DNA of 41,748 bases, from assembly GCA_015233055.1 (NCBI GenBank), contig JADFYN010000003.1, positions 1 through 41,748 on the forward strand, given 5' to 3'. The translations under genes and the position numbers were made by a program. Of this stretch, positions 8,274 to 16,618 are shown in pieces. The stretch's first letter is position 1. Each line of letters begins with the position of its first letter. The stretch comes from Deltaproteobacteria bacterium (GTDB lineage Bacteria; Desulfobacterota; JADFXK01). Below the pieces are notes generated by a model that was not told the origin of the DNA, did not search any database, and saw only the letters and a list, made by a program, of their open reading frames with translations.

Positions 8274-10214
8274 TCAGACAAACACTACCAAAACCCAATT
8301 CAGAAGACCGGCCATACAAACTGCGGTGATAAAAATGGCCGAGGCCATCAGGATGGCGCTCTTAACCCCGAGTGTCCTGGCCATCGCGGTAAACGTGGCG
8401 AAACAAGGGAAAGCCATAGTAGTGAGAATCACGGCCACAATACACTGGACATAGTTAAGCTGGCCTTTGCGGACGAGGTTGATGACCTGCCCCACGCCGG
8501 CTTCATTTCGGGCTAGACAGAGAATCATAACGTCAACCATGGCCAGGGGAAGTCCGAGCAACCCCTCGATCAACGGCCTTAACAGCCTTTTACTTGCTTC
8601 CAACAATCCAAGCTTATCAAGAGTGAATAACCCGACGGCGGCCAGAAGAAAAACCAAAAGGGATTCCCGAAGAAACGAGTATAAACGAAAATAGGTCTTC
8701 TTCAAAACCCATTTGAGTTTGGGTAGCCGAATAGGCGGAAGATCCTGAATAAAGGCCAGGTTAAGTTCAGTTCTCTTTAAGAACCGATTCAACAAAAGAC
8801 CGGCGCATATTTCCGACAAGACTAAGACGGCGAACACGATCATAAAGGCGCTCCACCCCATGAGACCCAGAACGCTTATGTCCAGACCCAATTGAGGAGC
8901 ACACGGGATGGCGAAGGACAACAAAAAAATCACGATATATTTTTCTCTTTTTGAAGGAATAGTCCTGGCGGTCAAAGTGGCCATAGCCTTACAGCCGAAA
9001 CCAAGCACCAGAGTGATTAATCCTTCACCACCCAGCCCAAGTTTTTCCAGGATTCTTTTCGTCAGGACCGACAGGTTGAGAATATATCCTGTATCTTCCA
9101 AGGTATTGAGCAACAAGAGAAAGACCGTTAAAATCGGCAGGACCGTCAGCAGAGCGTTGACCAGCCCCAGGGAAATAACCCCATAATCGCCGATAAAAAA
9201 ATCATGCCAGAAACCGGCGGGCAAAACCTTGGACAGGATTGCCTCCACCGGAACCCAGAGTTTATTGGTCAGCCACTCGGAGATACCATTAGCCACATGC
9301 ACCACCAACATAAACATTATCGATAAAATCACTACCAGAATCGGTGGCCCAAAGATAGGATGCCGGGTCAATCGGGCTATCGTTTGATACACTTCTTTTT
9401 GGGAAACCTTCTGCCTCTTTACAACCTTTTCCACCAGATCATCGATCCAGGAGCTTCGGTGTTTGTCAATAGCCCGATTAAGCCCCCCGAGAAATTGCCC
9501 GGATAGATTCTCCATCTCTTGCTTTAGTTCGGTCATGATCTCACTGCCGCAAGTTTTTTGTAAGTACTCCATAACCAGCGGATCCTGCCTCATCAAGAGA
9601 AACGCCACCAGGTGTCGGAAATGGATGTGCTCAGGCAGCTTGGACGCCAAAACCATCAAGCCCTGATCAATCACAGGGCCGTAGCTGACAGCAGATAATT
9701 TTCCAGGTTGGGCTCTGACGATGGCCGCCTTCAATTCACTGGCGCCATTACCGGCCACGGGAATGGATTCCACCACGGGAACGCCTATCAGCCTGGAGAG
9801 ACCCGGTGAGTCAATCCATATCCCCTTTCGGGTTGTTTCATCGAGTGCGTTTAAGGAAATGATCAGAGGGATACCGGTAAGAATCAGCTCGATGGTCAAG
9901 ACTAACGATTGTTTCAAACGATTGGCGTCAATGCACTGGATGATCACATCGGGCGGCTCGGACAAAATCGCCTCTCTCACCAGCTTGTCTTCTTCTGAAT
10001 ACGAATAGATACTCAGTAGGCCGGGGGTGTCGATTATTTCATAAACCTGTTCTTCGATTTTGAACCGGGCTCGTTTCATGTCTATGGTGGTTAACGGGGA
10101 GTTGGCCACCGCCGTGTATTGTCCGCTTAAATTGATAAAAACATGGCTCTTACCGGTGTTGGGTAACCCGACGATCATGACCTTTGGGTCGGCTTTTGTT
10201 GCGGCTGACATCAT
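8274..10214 (-). CDS. feoB: Ferrous iron transporter FeoB (~646 aa)
   Basis: G1 GLPNTGKS, G3 DTPG, G4 NALD, membrane domain with GFGC, AIPC and FPC gate cysteines. Start set at the ATG after RBS GAGGA. Confidence 0.93.
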   Translation of the reverse strand: MMSAATKADPKVMIVGLPNTGKSHVFINLSGQYTAVANSPLTTIDMKRARFKIEEQVYEIIDTPGLLSIYSYSEEDKLVREAILSEPPDVIIQCIDANRLKQSLVLTIELILTGIPLIISLNALDETTRKGIWIDSPGLSRLIGVPVVESIPVAGNGASELKAAIVRAQPGKLSAVSYGPVIDQGLMVLASKLPEHIHFRHLVAFLLMRQDPLVMEYLQKTCGSEIMTELKQEMENLSGQFLGGLNRAIDKHRSSWIDDLVEKVVKRQKVSQKEVYQTIARLTRHPIFGPPILVVILSIMFMLVVHVANGISEWLTNKLWVPVEAILSKVLPAGFWHDFFIGDYGVISLGLVNALLTVLPILTVFLLLLNTLEDTGYILNLSVLTKRILEKLGLGGEGLITLVLGFGCKAMATLTARTIPSKREKYIVIFLLSFAIPCAPQLGLDISVLGLMGWSAFMIVFAVLVLSEICAGLLLNRFLKRTELNLAFIQDLPPIRLPKLKWVLKKTYFRLYSFLRESLLVFLLAAVGLFTLDKLGLLEASKRLLRPLIEGLLGLPLAMVDVMILCLARNEAGVGQVINLVRKGQLNYVQCIVAVILTTMAFPCFATFTAMARTLGVKSAILMASAIFITAVCMAGLLNWVLVVFV

Positions 10215-10292
10215 CTTGATCCTCTTCAGAAAAATTGAGATAAAGGGCATAATCGTTCAGAACAAAACTTTTGCATTTCATGACCACGGCTT

Positions 10293-11060
10293 CTAAATCT
10301 TGCCGGGCCGCTTCCGCCCGGGCATAAACCCCTTAGACCACCAGGGCCTCGGCTTCTTTTCCTTCGACGAGAGATCCAGCTTGGGACGTTCAGCCGGCGG
10401 TCCCTGGGACCAGACACAAATGGAGGCCACGATGTCCTCATCCAAGGCAATGCTGGCCCCTTCACATTCGATCACAAAACATGGGTAGCGCTGGTGCAGT
10501 TTAACATTGATTCCGGGCCTGACCTGGAGGTCGTCAAGTCTATGGAGCAGATGGTCGTCTCGGCAATTGATATAGGCAATGCGGGCCGATTGATTCAATT
10601 CAGCTTCGGTTAACGGGATAACCATGTTGCGTGTTGTCTGTTCGGAGCGGCGGCAGCACTCGCCTTCCGGGATGGACATGCCGTGGGGACAGGTCCGGGG
10701 GTGTCCCAGGAGGATACAGATACTGTCCACTAATTCCGAAGTAACGGTATGTTCAAATTCACAGGCACCGGTTTCAAATTCTCCGCCCAAGACATTGTGA
10801 AGCAGTCGCTCTGCTATCCGGTGCGCCCGGATAATCCGGCGGGCCTCTTTCTCCCCTGACTCGGTTAGAACAATTTTTCTGTTTCCCTCACTTAACGCGA
10901 CCATCCCATCTACGGCCAGTTCTTCCACCAACTGGGCATCGAAGTCGCCTTTCATGGAATCTTCCAGGTACTCGACGGCTTCCTGCTCTCCCTCTTTCAT
11001 TCCCCACAATCGTTCTAGATGTTCTTCTTTTTCTCGCTTTCGATTCCGCACGTTATCCAC
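10293..11060 (-). CDS. DtxR/MntR-family metal-dependent regulator with a C-terminal FeoA domain
   Basis: RAHRIAERLL, ACEFEH and LGHPRTCPHG..IP motifs followed by a FeoA-like SH3 domain. GTG start. Confidence 0.9.
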   Translation of the reverse strand: MDNVRNRKREKEEHLERLWGMKEGEQEAVEYLEDSMKGDFDAQLVEELAVDGMVALSEGNRKIVLTESGEKEARRIIRAHRIAERLLHNVLGGEFETGACEFEHTVTSELVDSICILLGHPRTCPHGMSIPEGECCRRSEQTTRNMVIPLTEAELNQSARIAYINCRDDHLLHRLDDLQVRPGINVKLHQRYPCFVIECEGASIALDEDIVASICVWSQGPPAERPKLDLSSKEKKPRPWWSKGFMPGRKRPGKI

Positions 11061-11152
11061 CTTTTCAAGTTACAACAGGTCCGCCAGGGTTCAATATAAT
11101 GCTCCGGCTACGGCAACATGGCTCATAACCAGGAGAATAATCGCCATAAATA

Positions 11153-11266
11153 GAATTGCTCAGATGTGAGCGAAAATGGGTCTGTGGGTCTTTTCCATCT
11201 GCGTTTATCTGGGAAATCTATGGATACATTTAGGTTAGTCAATTTAAAAAACTCGTCCGACTCAGG
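11153..11266. mobile_element. Partial copy of the CCTGAGTTCGA-TIR MITE family
   Basis: Ends aaactcgtccgactcagg. Interior atctgcgtttatctgggaaatctatggatacatt is homologous to the copies at 8.2, 20.8 and 32.7 kb. The left boundary is approximate. Confidence 0.7.
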
Positions 11267-11291
11267 TCTTTTGGCTCCATGTGCTGTGTAT

Positions 11292-11310
11292 AACGATATT
11301 CATTATCATT
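11292..11310. promoter_or_regulatory. Fur box upstream of dtxR-feoB
   Basis: aacgatatt-c-attatcatt is a 9-1-9 palindrome with 2 mismatches to AATGATAAT-N-ATTATCATT. Confidence 0.75.
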
Positions 11311-11331
11311 AAAAAGAGTTTTTAAAAAATG

Positions 11332-11763
11332 TCACCGACAATTCTTGCAAAGACCGTATATTTCCAACTTGTGCCGAAGGGGCAGAAAATCGTTCGCCTC
11401 GGCCAGCCTCTCCTGGAGCTGTTCGATCTGGTTGTTGTTCACCTCAATAAAACATTTGCATTTCAAACAGATGAGATGGTCATGGTGGGTCCGTCCGCAG
11501 GTTGGCTCAAACCTGGTTTTTTCATTGCCGATTTTTATTTCGTCAGCCAGGCCGCATTCCCGGATTAAGTTCAAGTTCCGATGCACCGTGGCGTAACCTA
11601 TCCCGGGATGGATCCGGGTGACGATCTGGAACAGTTCTTCTACGGTGAGGTGCCCGGCGGCCGACAGAAAGGCATCGATAATCGTGTCCCTTTGCCAGGT
11701 GTGGCGGAGGCCCTTGGCTTTGATATAGCCTCTAAAAATCTCTTTAGCGTTAGGTGTGATCAT
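11332..11763 (-). CDS. fur: Fur-family transcriptional regulator
   Basis: GLRHTWQR, IGYATVHRNL, the HHDHLIC signature, and two CxxC motifs (CLKC, CKNC). Confidence 0.92.
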   Translation of the reverse strand: MITPNAKEIFRGYIKAKGLRHTWQRDTIIDAFLSAAGHLTVEELFQIVTRIHPGIGYATVHRNLNLIRECGLADEIKIGNEKTRFEPTCGRTHHDHLICLKCKCFIEVNNNQIEQLQERLAEANDFLPLRHKLEIYGLCKNCR

Positions 11764-11777
11764 TGCCTTCTGTTGTT

Positions 11778-11796
11778 ATTGATATTCATTATCAGT
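11778..11796. promoter_or_regulatory. Fur box upstream of fur (autoregulation)
   Basis: attgatatt-c-attatcagt shares the 14 bp core gatattcattatca with the 11292 box. It abuts a candidate minus-strand promoter TTGACA (11820-11825)-17-CATTAT. Confidence 0.72.
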
Positions 11797-11923
11797 ATAA
11801 TGACAAATTAAAACTCAATTGTCAAGAACAAAATTATTTGTCGTTGATAACGGAAAACCAAAGGGGTAACCTGATTCAGAGGCACAATCCCCCCAAGCCC
11901 CCTACTCTTCCCGCGTTGGTTTC

Positions 11924-12814
11924 TTATTGCTCATGAAGTATACCGCCGGCATGAGGATCGGCCAGGGCGGTCCGGATGTGTTTCGGCAGAGAGAACATGC
12001 CCTGGTGAGATTCAGGGTCATAATGCTTTAGCTTTAAGTTCCTCAAGGCGATGGCCCGGCCGATCTCGGCCGCGGAGCACCGGTCTTTGAGGTTCGCCGG
12101 CCCGGCCAGGGCAAAAGCATTGATATCGGCAAAAAGCGTAATGGGCGTGTGAAAGGGTACGACCCCTTCAAAAAGCCGGCTCAGGGTTTTAATAATGGAA
12201 ACGAAGGGCAGGTGAAAACCGGGTTCGGTATGCTCGGCAATGGTGGCCAGAATGCCTCCGGCAGCCAGGCGGGTTTTGGCCAGAGCATAAAATTCAGATG
12301 TGGCGAAAGGAGATGGAAACTCTTCAAAATCGCTCTTAACATCGATGAAGATAATATCAAAAAAATCTTCCGTGTTGGCCAGATAATCCCTGGGGTTTTG
12401 GTAGATCGTCTCCACCCGTGAATCATCAAACGCCCCTTGGAGCCAGTCCTGGAGATGTTCCTTAGCCAGCCTGACCAGGGTTTCATCCCGTTCAGCCAGA
12501 ACAACCCGGTCTACCGAAGAGTGTTTTAGGATTTCGTTCAAGATCAATCCTTCACCGCCTCCGGCCACAAACACCCGCCGGGGACCGGCATGGGTCAGCA
12601 TGGATGGATGCACCAAAGCTTCGTAGTAAACCTGTCTATCCAAACCTGATAGCCTGGCCATCCCGTCGAGAAAAACAGCCCGGCCGAAAAACTGCGTATC
12701 CGCGATGATAATCTCCTGGTAAGGTGATTCGGTCTGGGCGATAACCCGGTTGACTTCATACATGAAGGACCGGCTTTTTTTTGAATAATCAATGATCCAA
12801 TTGTTTGAACTCAT
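11924..12814 (-). CDS. Spermidine synthase-like aminopropyltransferase paralog with degenerate motifs
   Basis: SPYQEIII, FLDG and AGGGEG motifs, collinear with the adjacent speE. Several substrate-binding residues are altered. Confidence 0.88.
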   Translation of the reverse strand: MSSNNWIIDYSKKSRSFMYEVNRVIAQTESPYQEIIIADTQFFGRAVFLDGMARLSGLDRQVYYEALVHPSMLTHAGPRRVFVAGGGEGLILNEILKHSSVDRVVLAERDETLVRLAKEHLQDWLQGAFDDSRVETIYQNPRDYLANTEDFFDIIFIDVKSDFEEFPSPFATSEFYALAKTRLAAGGILATIAEHTEPGFHLPFVSIIKTLSRLFEGVVPFHTPITLFADINAFALAGPANLKDRCSAAEIGRAIALRNLKLKHYDPESHQGMFSLPKHIRTALADPHAGGILHEQ

Positions 12815-12896
12815 CTTTTCACTCCCGCCTGATAATTCCTGGTTGGACGCCCGTCTGATCCATGGTTGTTCATGTTCTGATCATATCCGCCGGTGC

Positions 12897-13829
12897 CTAA
12901 ATGTTGCATGATCCGGGTTTGGGAAGGTTCAAGAGTCTGGAGTCGCTGATAATCATGCCGAAGTCGGTATTATTGAGGTCATCGCGCAGGTATTTGGGAG
13001 CTGAGAATAAATTTGTGTGGGTTTCGCCGTCATAGAATTTCAATCCCGCGTTCAAGTTACCAACTGTGGCGTCCACGTGGGCCGGGGTCATGATTTCAGG
13101 CAGGGGGCTGTCGCTGGCCAAAACGAATCCCCAAATGACTCGGTAAAAATAGATCATGGTATAGTAGGGCATGACGTACTTAAATACCTGTTTCAAGGTC
13201 TTGATGATGGAGACGTGGGCGTATTGCTCTCCCATCAGGGCATGCTCCGCCTGAGCGGCGAAAACGCCTCCCTCATTCAAACGGGATTTGACGATGTTAT
13301 AGAAATCCAGGGTGAACAGTCCGGCCGAGGGACTGCCCTCGAATGGATCGGTCAGATCCATGATAATACAGTCAAATTTTTCGTTAGTCGTGGCCAGGTA
13401 ACCGCGGGCGTCCTCATGTTTCAGCTCCACCCGGGGGTCGTCAAAGGCACCCTGGTGCCATTCATAGAGATGCTCCCTGGCCATGTCGACCATGATGTCG
13501 TCGATGTCGATCATGAGCACTTTTTCCACGGAGTTGTGCTTCAGGGTCTCCCGAACTACGGCACCTTCGCCACCCCCGGCCAGGAAGACCTTCTTGGGCC
13601 GCCCATTGGCCACCAGGGCCGGATGGATCAATGTTTCGTGATAAATATGTTCATCCAGGGCAGCAGACTGGGGTACTCCGTCCAGAAACAGAGCTTTACC
13701 AAAATGGTCCACATCGGCGATCAAGATATTCTGAAAACGCGACTGGGTGGACACGATGGTCTTTTTGATCTTAAACATATGAGCTCGGCACCGGCCGAAG
13801 AATTCAATAAGCCAGTTTTCAGTGCGCAT
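12897..13829 (-). CDS. speE: Polyamine aminopropyltransferase (spermidine/thermospermine synthase type)
   Basis: LDGVPQS...DEHIYHE, GGGEG, IDID and IIMDLTDP motifs intact. Confidence 0.93.
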   Translation of the reverse strand: MRTENWLIEFFGRCRAHMFKIKKTIVSTQSRFQNILIADVDHFGKALFLDGVPQSAALDEHIYHETLIHPALVANGRPKKVFLAGGGEGAVVRETLKHNSVEKVLMIDIDDIMVDMAREHLYEWHQGAFDDPRVELKHEDARGYLATTNEKFDCIIMDLTDPFEGSPSAGLFTLDFYNIVKSRLNEGGVFAAQAEHALMGEQYAHVSIIKTLKQVFKYVMPYYTMIYFYRVIWGFVLASDSPLPEIMTPAHVDATVGNLNAGLKFYDGETHTNLFSAPKYLRDDLNNTDFGMIISDSRLLNLPKPGSCNI

Positions 13830-13844
13830 GGTCGTCCCCTTGAT

Positions 13845-13892
13845 GCGGGTTGCTGGTTACGTGTTGCGGGTTACGTGTTGCGGTTTGCTGAT
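13845..13892. repeat. Degenerate heptamer tandem repeat
   Basis: gcgggtt gctggtt acgtgtt gcgggtt acgtgtt gcggttt gctgat, lying between the speE RBS and a MITE end. Confidence 0.8.
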
Positions 13893-14064
13893 CAATGTCA
13901 TTGACTTAAGCGAAAGGAAAATGAGCTAAACCTTTTAAAATAGTCAATTCCAAACAAGCCCCGGAGGGGCGCTCTAGGTTAGCCCAGGGCAGCGCCCTGG
14001 GAAATACGGATAGTTACGTGTCAGCAAGATGGTCAGGAGGTCGCTAGCCCCCAAAGTCATTTCC
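13893..14064. mobile_element. Truncated inverted copy of the IS4-like MITE
   Basis: Begins CAATGTCATTGACTTAAG, contains one REP arm, and aligns with the reverse complement of 531-702 over 172 bp. No second TIR was found. Confidence 0.8.
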
Positions 14065-14347
14065 AAAGAATCAATTATGCCTGTTCGAGGCATCCGTCCG
14101 TGGTGGGGGTTGTTTTTTGTCCGTCGGGTAACGTCACCCCGGTCGGGTTTGAATCGGATCTGTAGGAGATTGACCGCAACATTACCGAAAAGAGGACACG
14201 GGCGCAAGGGATATTTGCCGGTAGCAGAATAATCAGCCCGGTAAACGGTTAAGGTTAATGTCCGGATGCTGTTATTTGAACAATTCTCATGATATTACAT
14301 GGGCTTTATGGTATTACAAGAAAATACCATCCGGCCGAATTTTTCTA

Positions 14348-14376
14348 TTGATATTCTTTATACCTTCTGCTATGCT
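14348..14376 (+). promoter_or_regulatory. Sigma70-type promoter for the speD leader
   Basis: TTGATA-17 bp-TATGCT with a TG extended -10. Confidence 0.6.
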
Positions 14377-14401
14377 TCGCTCCTTTTCAAATTATGACTA
14401 C

Positions 14402-14458
14402 TCTTGGGTCGAAGCGGAAAGACCAAACCTATACGGATGTTAACCAATTAGGACAAGA
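14402..14458 (+). ncRNA. Candidate cis-regulatory structured RNA in the speD 5' leader
   Basis: Possible three-stem fold: UCUUG/CAAGA, GGUC/GACC and CCUA/UAGG, closing at the AAGGAG RBS. The stems are short and conservation was not checked. Confidence 0.3.
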
Positions 14459-14470
14459 AAGGAGAAAACA

Positions 14471-14545
14471 ATGAAGAGGAATCGGCTTCCTTATCATTTG
14501 ATACGCCATTTCAACGTTACGCACATTGGCTATGGACACACTTAA
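14471..14545 (+). CDS. Putative 24 aa leader peptide MKRNRLPYHLIRHFNVTHIGYGHT
   Basis: ATG preceded by strong RBS AAAGGAGA with an A-rich spacer. Stops 29 nt before the speD ATG. Below the ORF track size cut-off. Confidence 0.55.
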   Translation: MKRNRLPYHLIRHFNVTHIGYGHT

Positions 14546-14574
14546 GTTAAAACCGTTTGTGTTATGGTGCTGCT

Positions 14575-14964
14575 ATGAAATCATTAGGAAAACACCTCAT
14601 CATCGAGCTATACGAATGCGATCGGGAGATCATCAACGACTTAGAAGCCGTCGAACACCACATCACGGAATCTGTTCGGGTCTCCGGCGCGTCAATTATC
14701 AAACCTTACTTTCATAAATTCTCCCCCCACGGTATCAGCGGCATGGTCATCATTGCCGAATCCCATTTCTCTATCCATACCTGGCCGGAATACGGCTACT
14801 GCGCCGTAGATATCTTCACTTGCGGTGACCTTATCCAGGGTGATAAGGCTATGAACTATTTAAAAGAACACTTCAAGTGCCAGAACGTCTCCTTAATGGA
14901 AATAAAGCGCGGCGTCCTTGATTTACCTGACTCAGAGATAAAACACAAACCCGATCAGTCTTGA
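14575..14964 (+). CDS. speD: S-adenosylmethionine decarboxylase proenzyme (129 aa)
   Basis: MKSLGKHLIIE N-terminus, ESH self-cleavage site, HTWPE and DIFTCG motifs. Confidence 0.96.
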   Translation: MKSLGKHLIIELYECDREIINDLEAVEHHITESVRVSGASIIKPYFHKFSPHGISGMVIIAESHFSIHTWPEYGYCAVDIFTCGDLIQGDKAMNYLKEHFKCQNVSLMEIKRGVLDLPDSEIKHKPDQS

Positions 14965-15032
14965 AAAATATTGCGCCATTCGGCCGGTTCTCCAGGGGGA
15001 ATACTATTCCCGGAAGTTCCGAGGCAAGGGCT

Positions 15033-15941
15033 ATGGACGAGTATCTTGATAGGTTCTTCGACTTCTTGAAGGTAGAGCGGGGACTGGCCGATAATTCTAT
15101 TTCTTCCTACAACGGGGACCTCCTCGGGTTTGTCCATTTTCTGAATGTTCGGGGCATCACCGACCTTAAAGCCGTGACCCGGATAGATCTTACGGCATAC
15201 ATCTTTGACCTGAAAAAACAGGGCTTCAAGGATTCGACCGTAGCCCGGCGGATGGCGGCCGTGCGGACCCTTTTTCGGTTTCTGGTCCAGGATCGAATCA
15301 TCGAGACGACTCCGGCCGCGGAGTTGGATCTACCCAGATTGAGACAGAAGATACCCGGCATCCTCAGCGCCGAAGAAGTGGATAAACTGCTGGCCGCGCC
15401 GGATCAGACCACCCCGCGGGGACTGCGGGATGCGGCCATGCTCGAGGTCATTTATGCCACCGGGATGCGTGTCTCCGAACTCGTTTCTTTGACTTTGAAC
15501 AATCTCAACCTGGAGCTGGGCTTTATTCGGGCTATCGGGAAGGGGTCAAAAGAGCGGATCGTCCCTTTGGGGCAGGCGGCCATAAACAGGACCAGAGAAT
15601 ACCTGGAGTCGGGCCGGTCACGCTTGACCAAGGCCAGGCCGGAGCCGTATGTCTTTATCAACAGGTCGGGCAAGCCGTTAACCCGGCAGGGATTTTGGAA
15701 GCTTATCAAAAAATACGCCCTGATCTCAGGCATACAGGGTGACATCACCCCCCATACAATGCGGCATTCCTTTGCCAGCCACCTGCTGGAACGAGGGGCA
15801 GACCTGCGCGCCGTCCAGGAGATGCTCGGCCATGCGGATATTTCCACCACCCAGATATACACCCATCTCCGCATGGAACGCTTGCAGCAGCTTCATCAAG
15901 ACTGCCACCCCCGGGGGAAACCCCTAGGCGACAATGACTAG
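15033..15941 (+). CDS. xerD: Site-specific tyrosine recombinase XerD
   Basis: YATGMRVSEL, GKGSKER, LTRQGFW, PHTMRHSFASH and LGHADISTTQIYTH. Start set at MDEYLD. Confidence 0.95.
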   Translation: MDEYLDRFFDFLKVERGLADNSISSYNGDLLGFVHFLNVRGITDLKAVTRIDLTAYIFDLKKQGFKDSTVARRMAAVRTLFRFLVQDRIIETTPAAELDLPRLRQKIPGILSAEEVDKLLAAPDQTTPRGLRDAAMLEVIYATGMRVSELVSLTLNNLNLELGFIRAIGKGSKERIVPLGQAAINRTREYLESGRSRLTKARPEPYVFINRSGKPLTRQGFWKLIKKYALISGIQGDITPHTMRHSFASHLLERGADLRAVQEMLGHADISTTQIYTHLRMERLQQLHQDCHPRGKPLGDND

Positions 15942-16031
15942 ACAATGGACGGACGAAGCCGGGTGATGCCCGGCTCCCCCGACCGGACGACTGACCACCA
16001 GGCGGGGCTTGTCACACCATCAACCATCAAG

Positions 16032-16592
16032 TCAGAATTCGTCCATCTGCCAACTGAGCCGATATCTGTTCCAGATTTCCCGCCTATCTTTACCGGAATC
16101 CGGCCCCAGCAAATTGCGGTTCAGAAGAACTTGCTTTTCCAATGACATATAATCGGCCAGCCGGCATTGGCTGACGAAGGAAATCTCATTGGGGAACTGT
16201 CTGACGAATTTAATCCCATGGTCATCAATGAGACACTTGAAGCCTTCCTCTGCTCTAGTTTTCTTTCCCCGCTCAGTTTCGGAATCGGGAATCATCAGAG
16301 TCAGGTAGATCTTTTCCGCTCCCGGATATTCCTTCACCAGATGATATATCTTCCGGTTAATCTCCAATCGGAACAGGTTGACATCCTCGGCTACTTTGGC
16401 GTCATTCTCAAAAGGCTTGCCAAAAATATAGGAGGTCTCGAACAATCCTTGGGCCCTGATGACCTTTCCGCCCTGTCTGGTGGACACCTCCAAGGAATTG
16501 TCCGCAAAACACCTTAAGGGAACAAGCCAGACAGCCGCCAAAAGGATTATCATCGCCGCCGGAACACGCCAACGCCTGGGTTCTGCTTTCAT
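16032..16592 (-). CDS. Hypothetical exported protein
   Basis: Basic N-terminus plus hydrophobic signal peptide, RBS GAGGTG, directly downstream of amrB. No recognised domain. Confidence 0.7.
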   Translation of the reverse strand: MKAEPRRWRVPAAMIILLAAVWLVPLRCFADNSLEVSTRQGGKVIRAQGLFETSYIFGKPFENDAKVAEDVNLFRLEINRKIYHLVKEYPGAEKIYLTLMIPDSETERGKKTRAEEGFKCLIDDHGIKFVRQFPNEISFVSQCRLADYMSLEKQVLLNRNLLGPDSGKDRREIWNRYRLSWQMDEF

Positions 16593-16618
16593 CTTCAACA
16601 CCTCTGATGAGGCCCCGA

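Noticed and set aside
13017-13904. 295 aa plus-strand ORF
   Set aside because: Antisense shadow of speE with no recognisable motifs.
14471-14600. Programmed frameshift joining the leader ORF to speD (antizyme-like)
   Set aside because: The speD frame has a TAA at 14548-14550, so no fusion is possible.
15033-15941. Tyrosine recombinase as a phage or island integrase
   Set aside because: Size and motifs (LTRQGFW, LGHADISTTQIYTH) match housekeeping XerD, and no att sites or phage genes are nearby.
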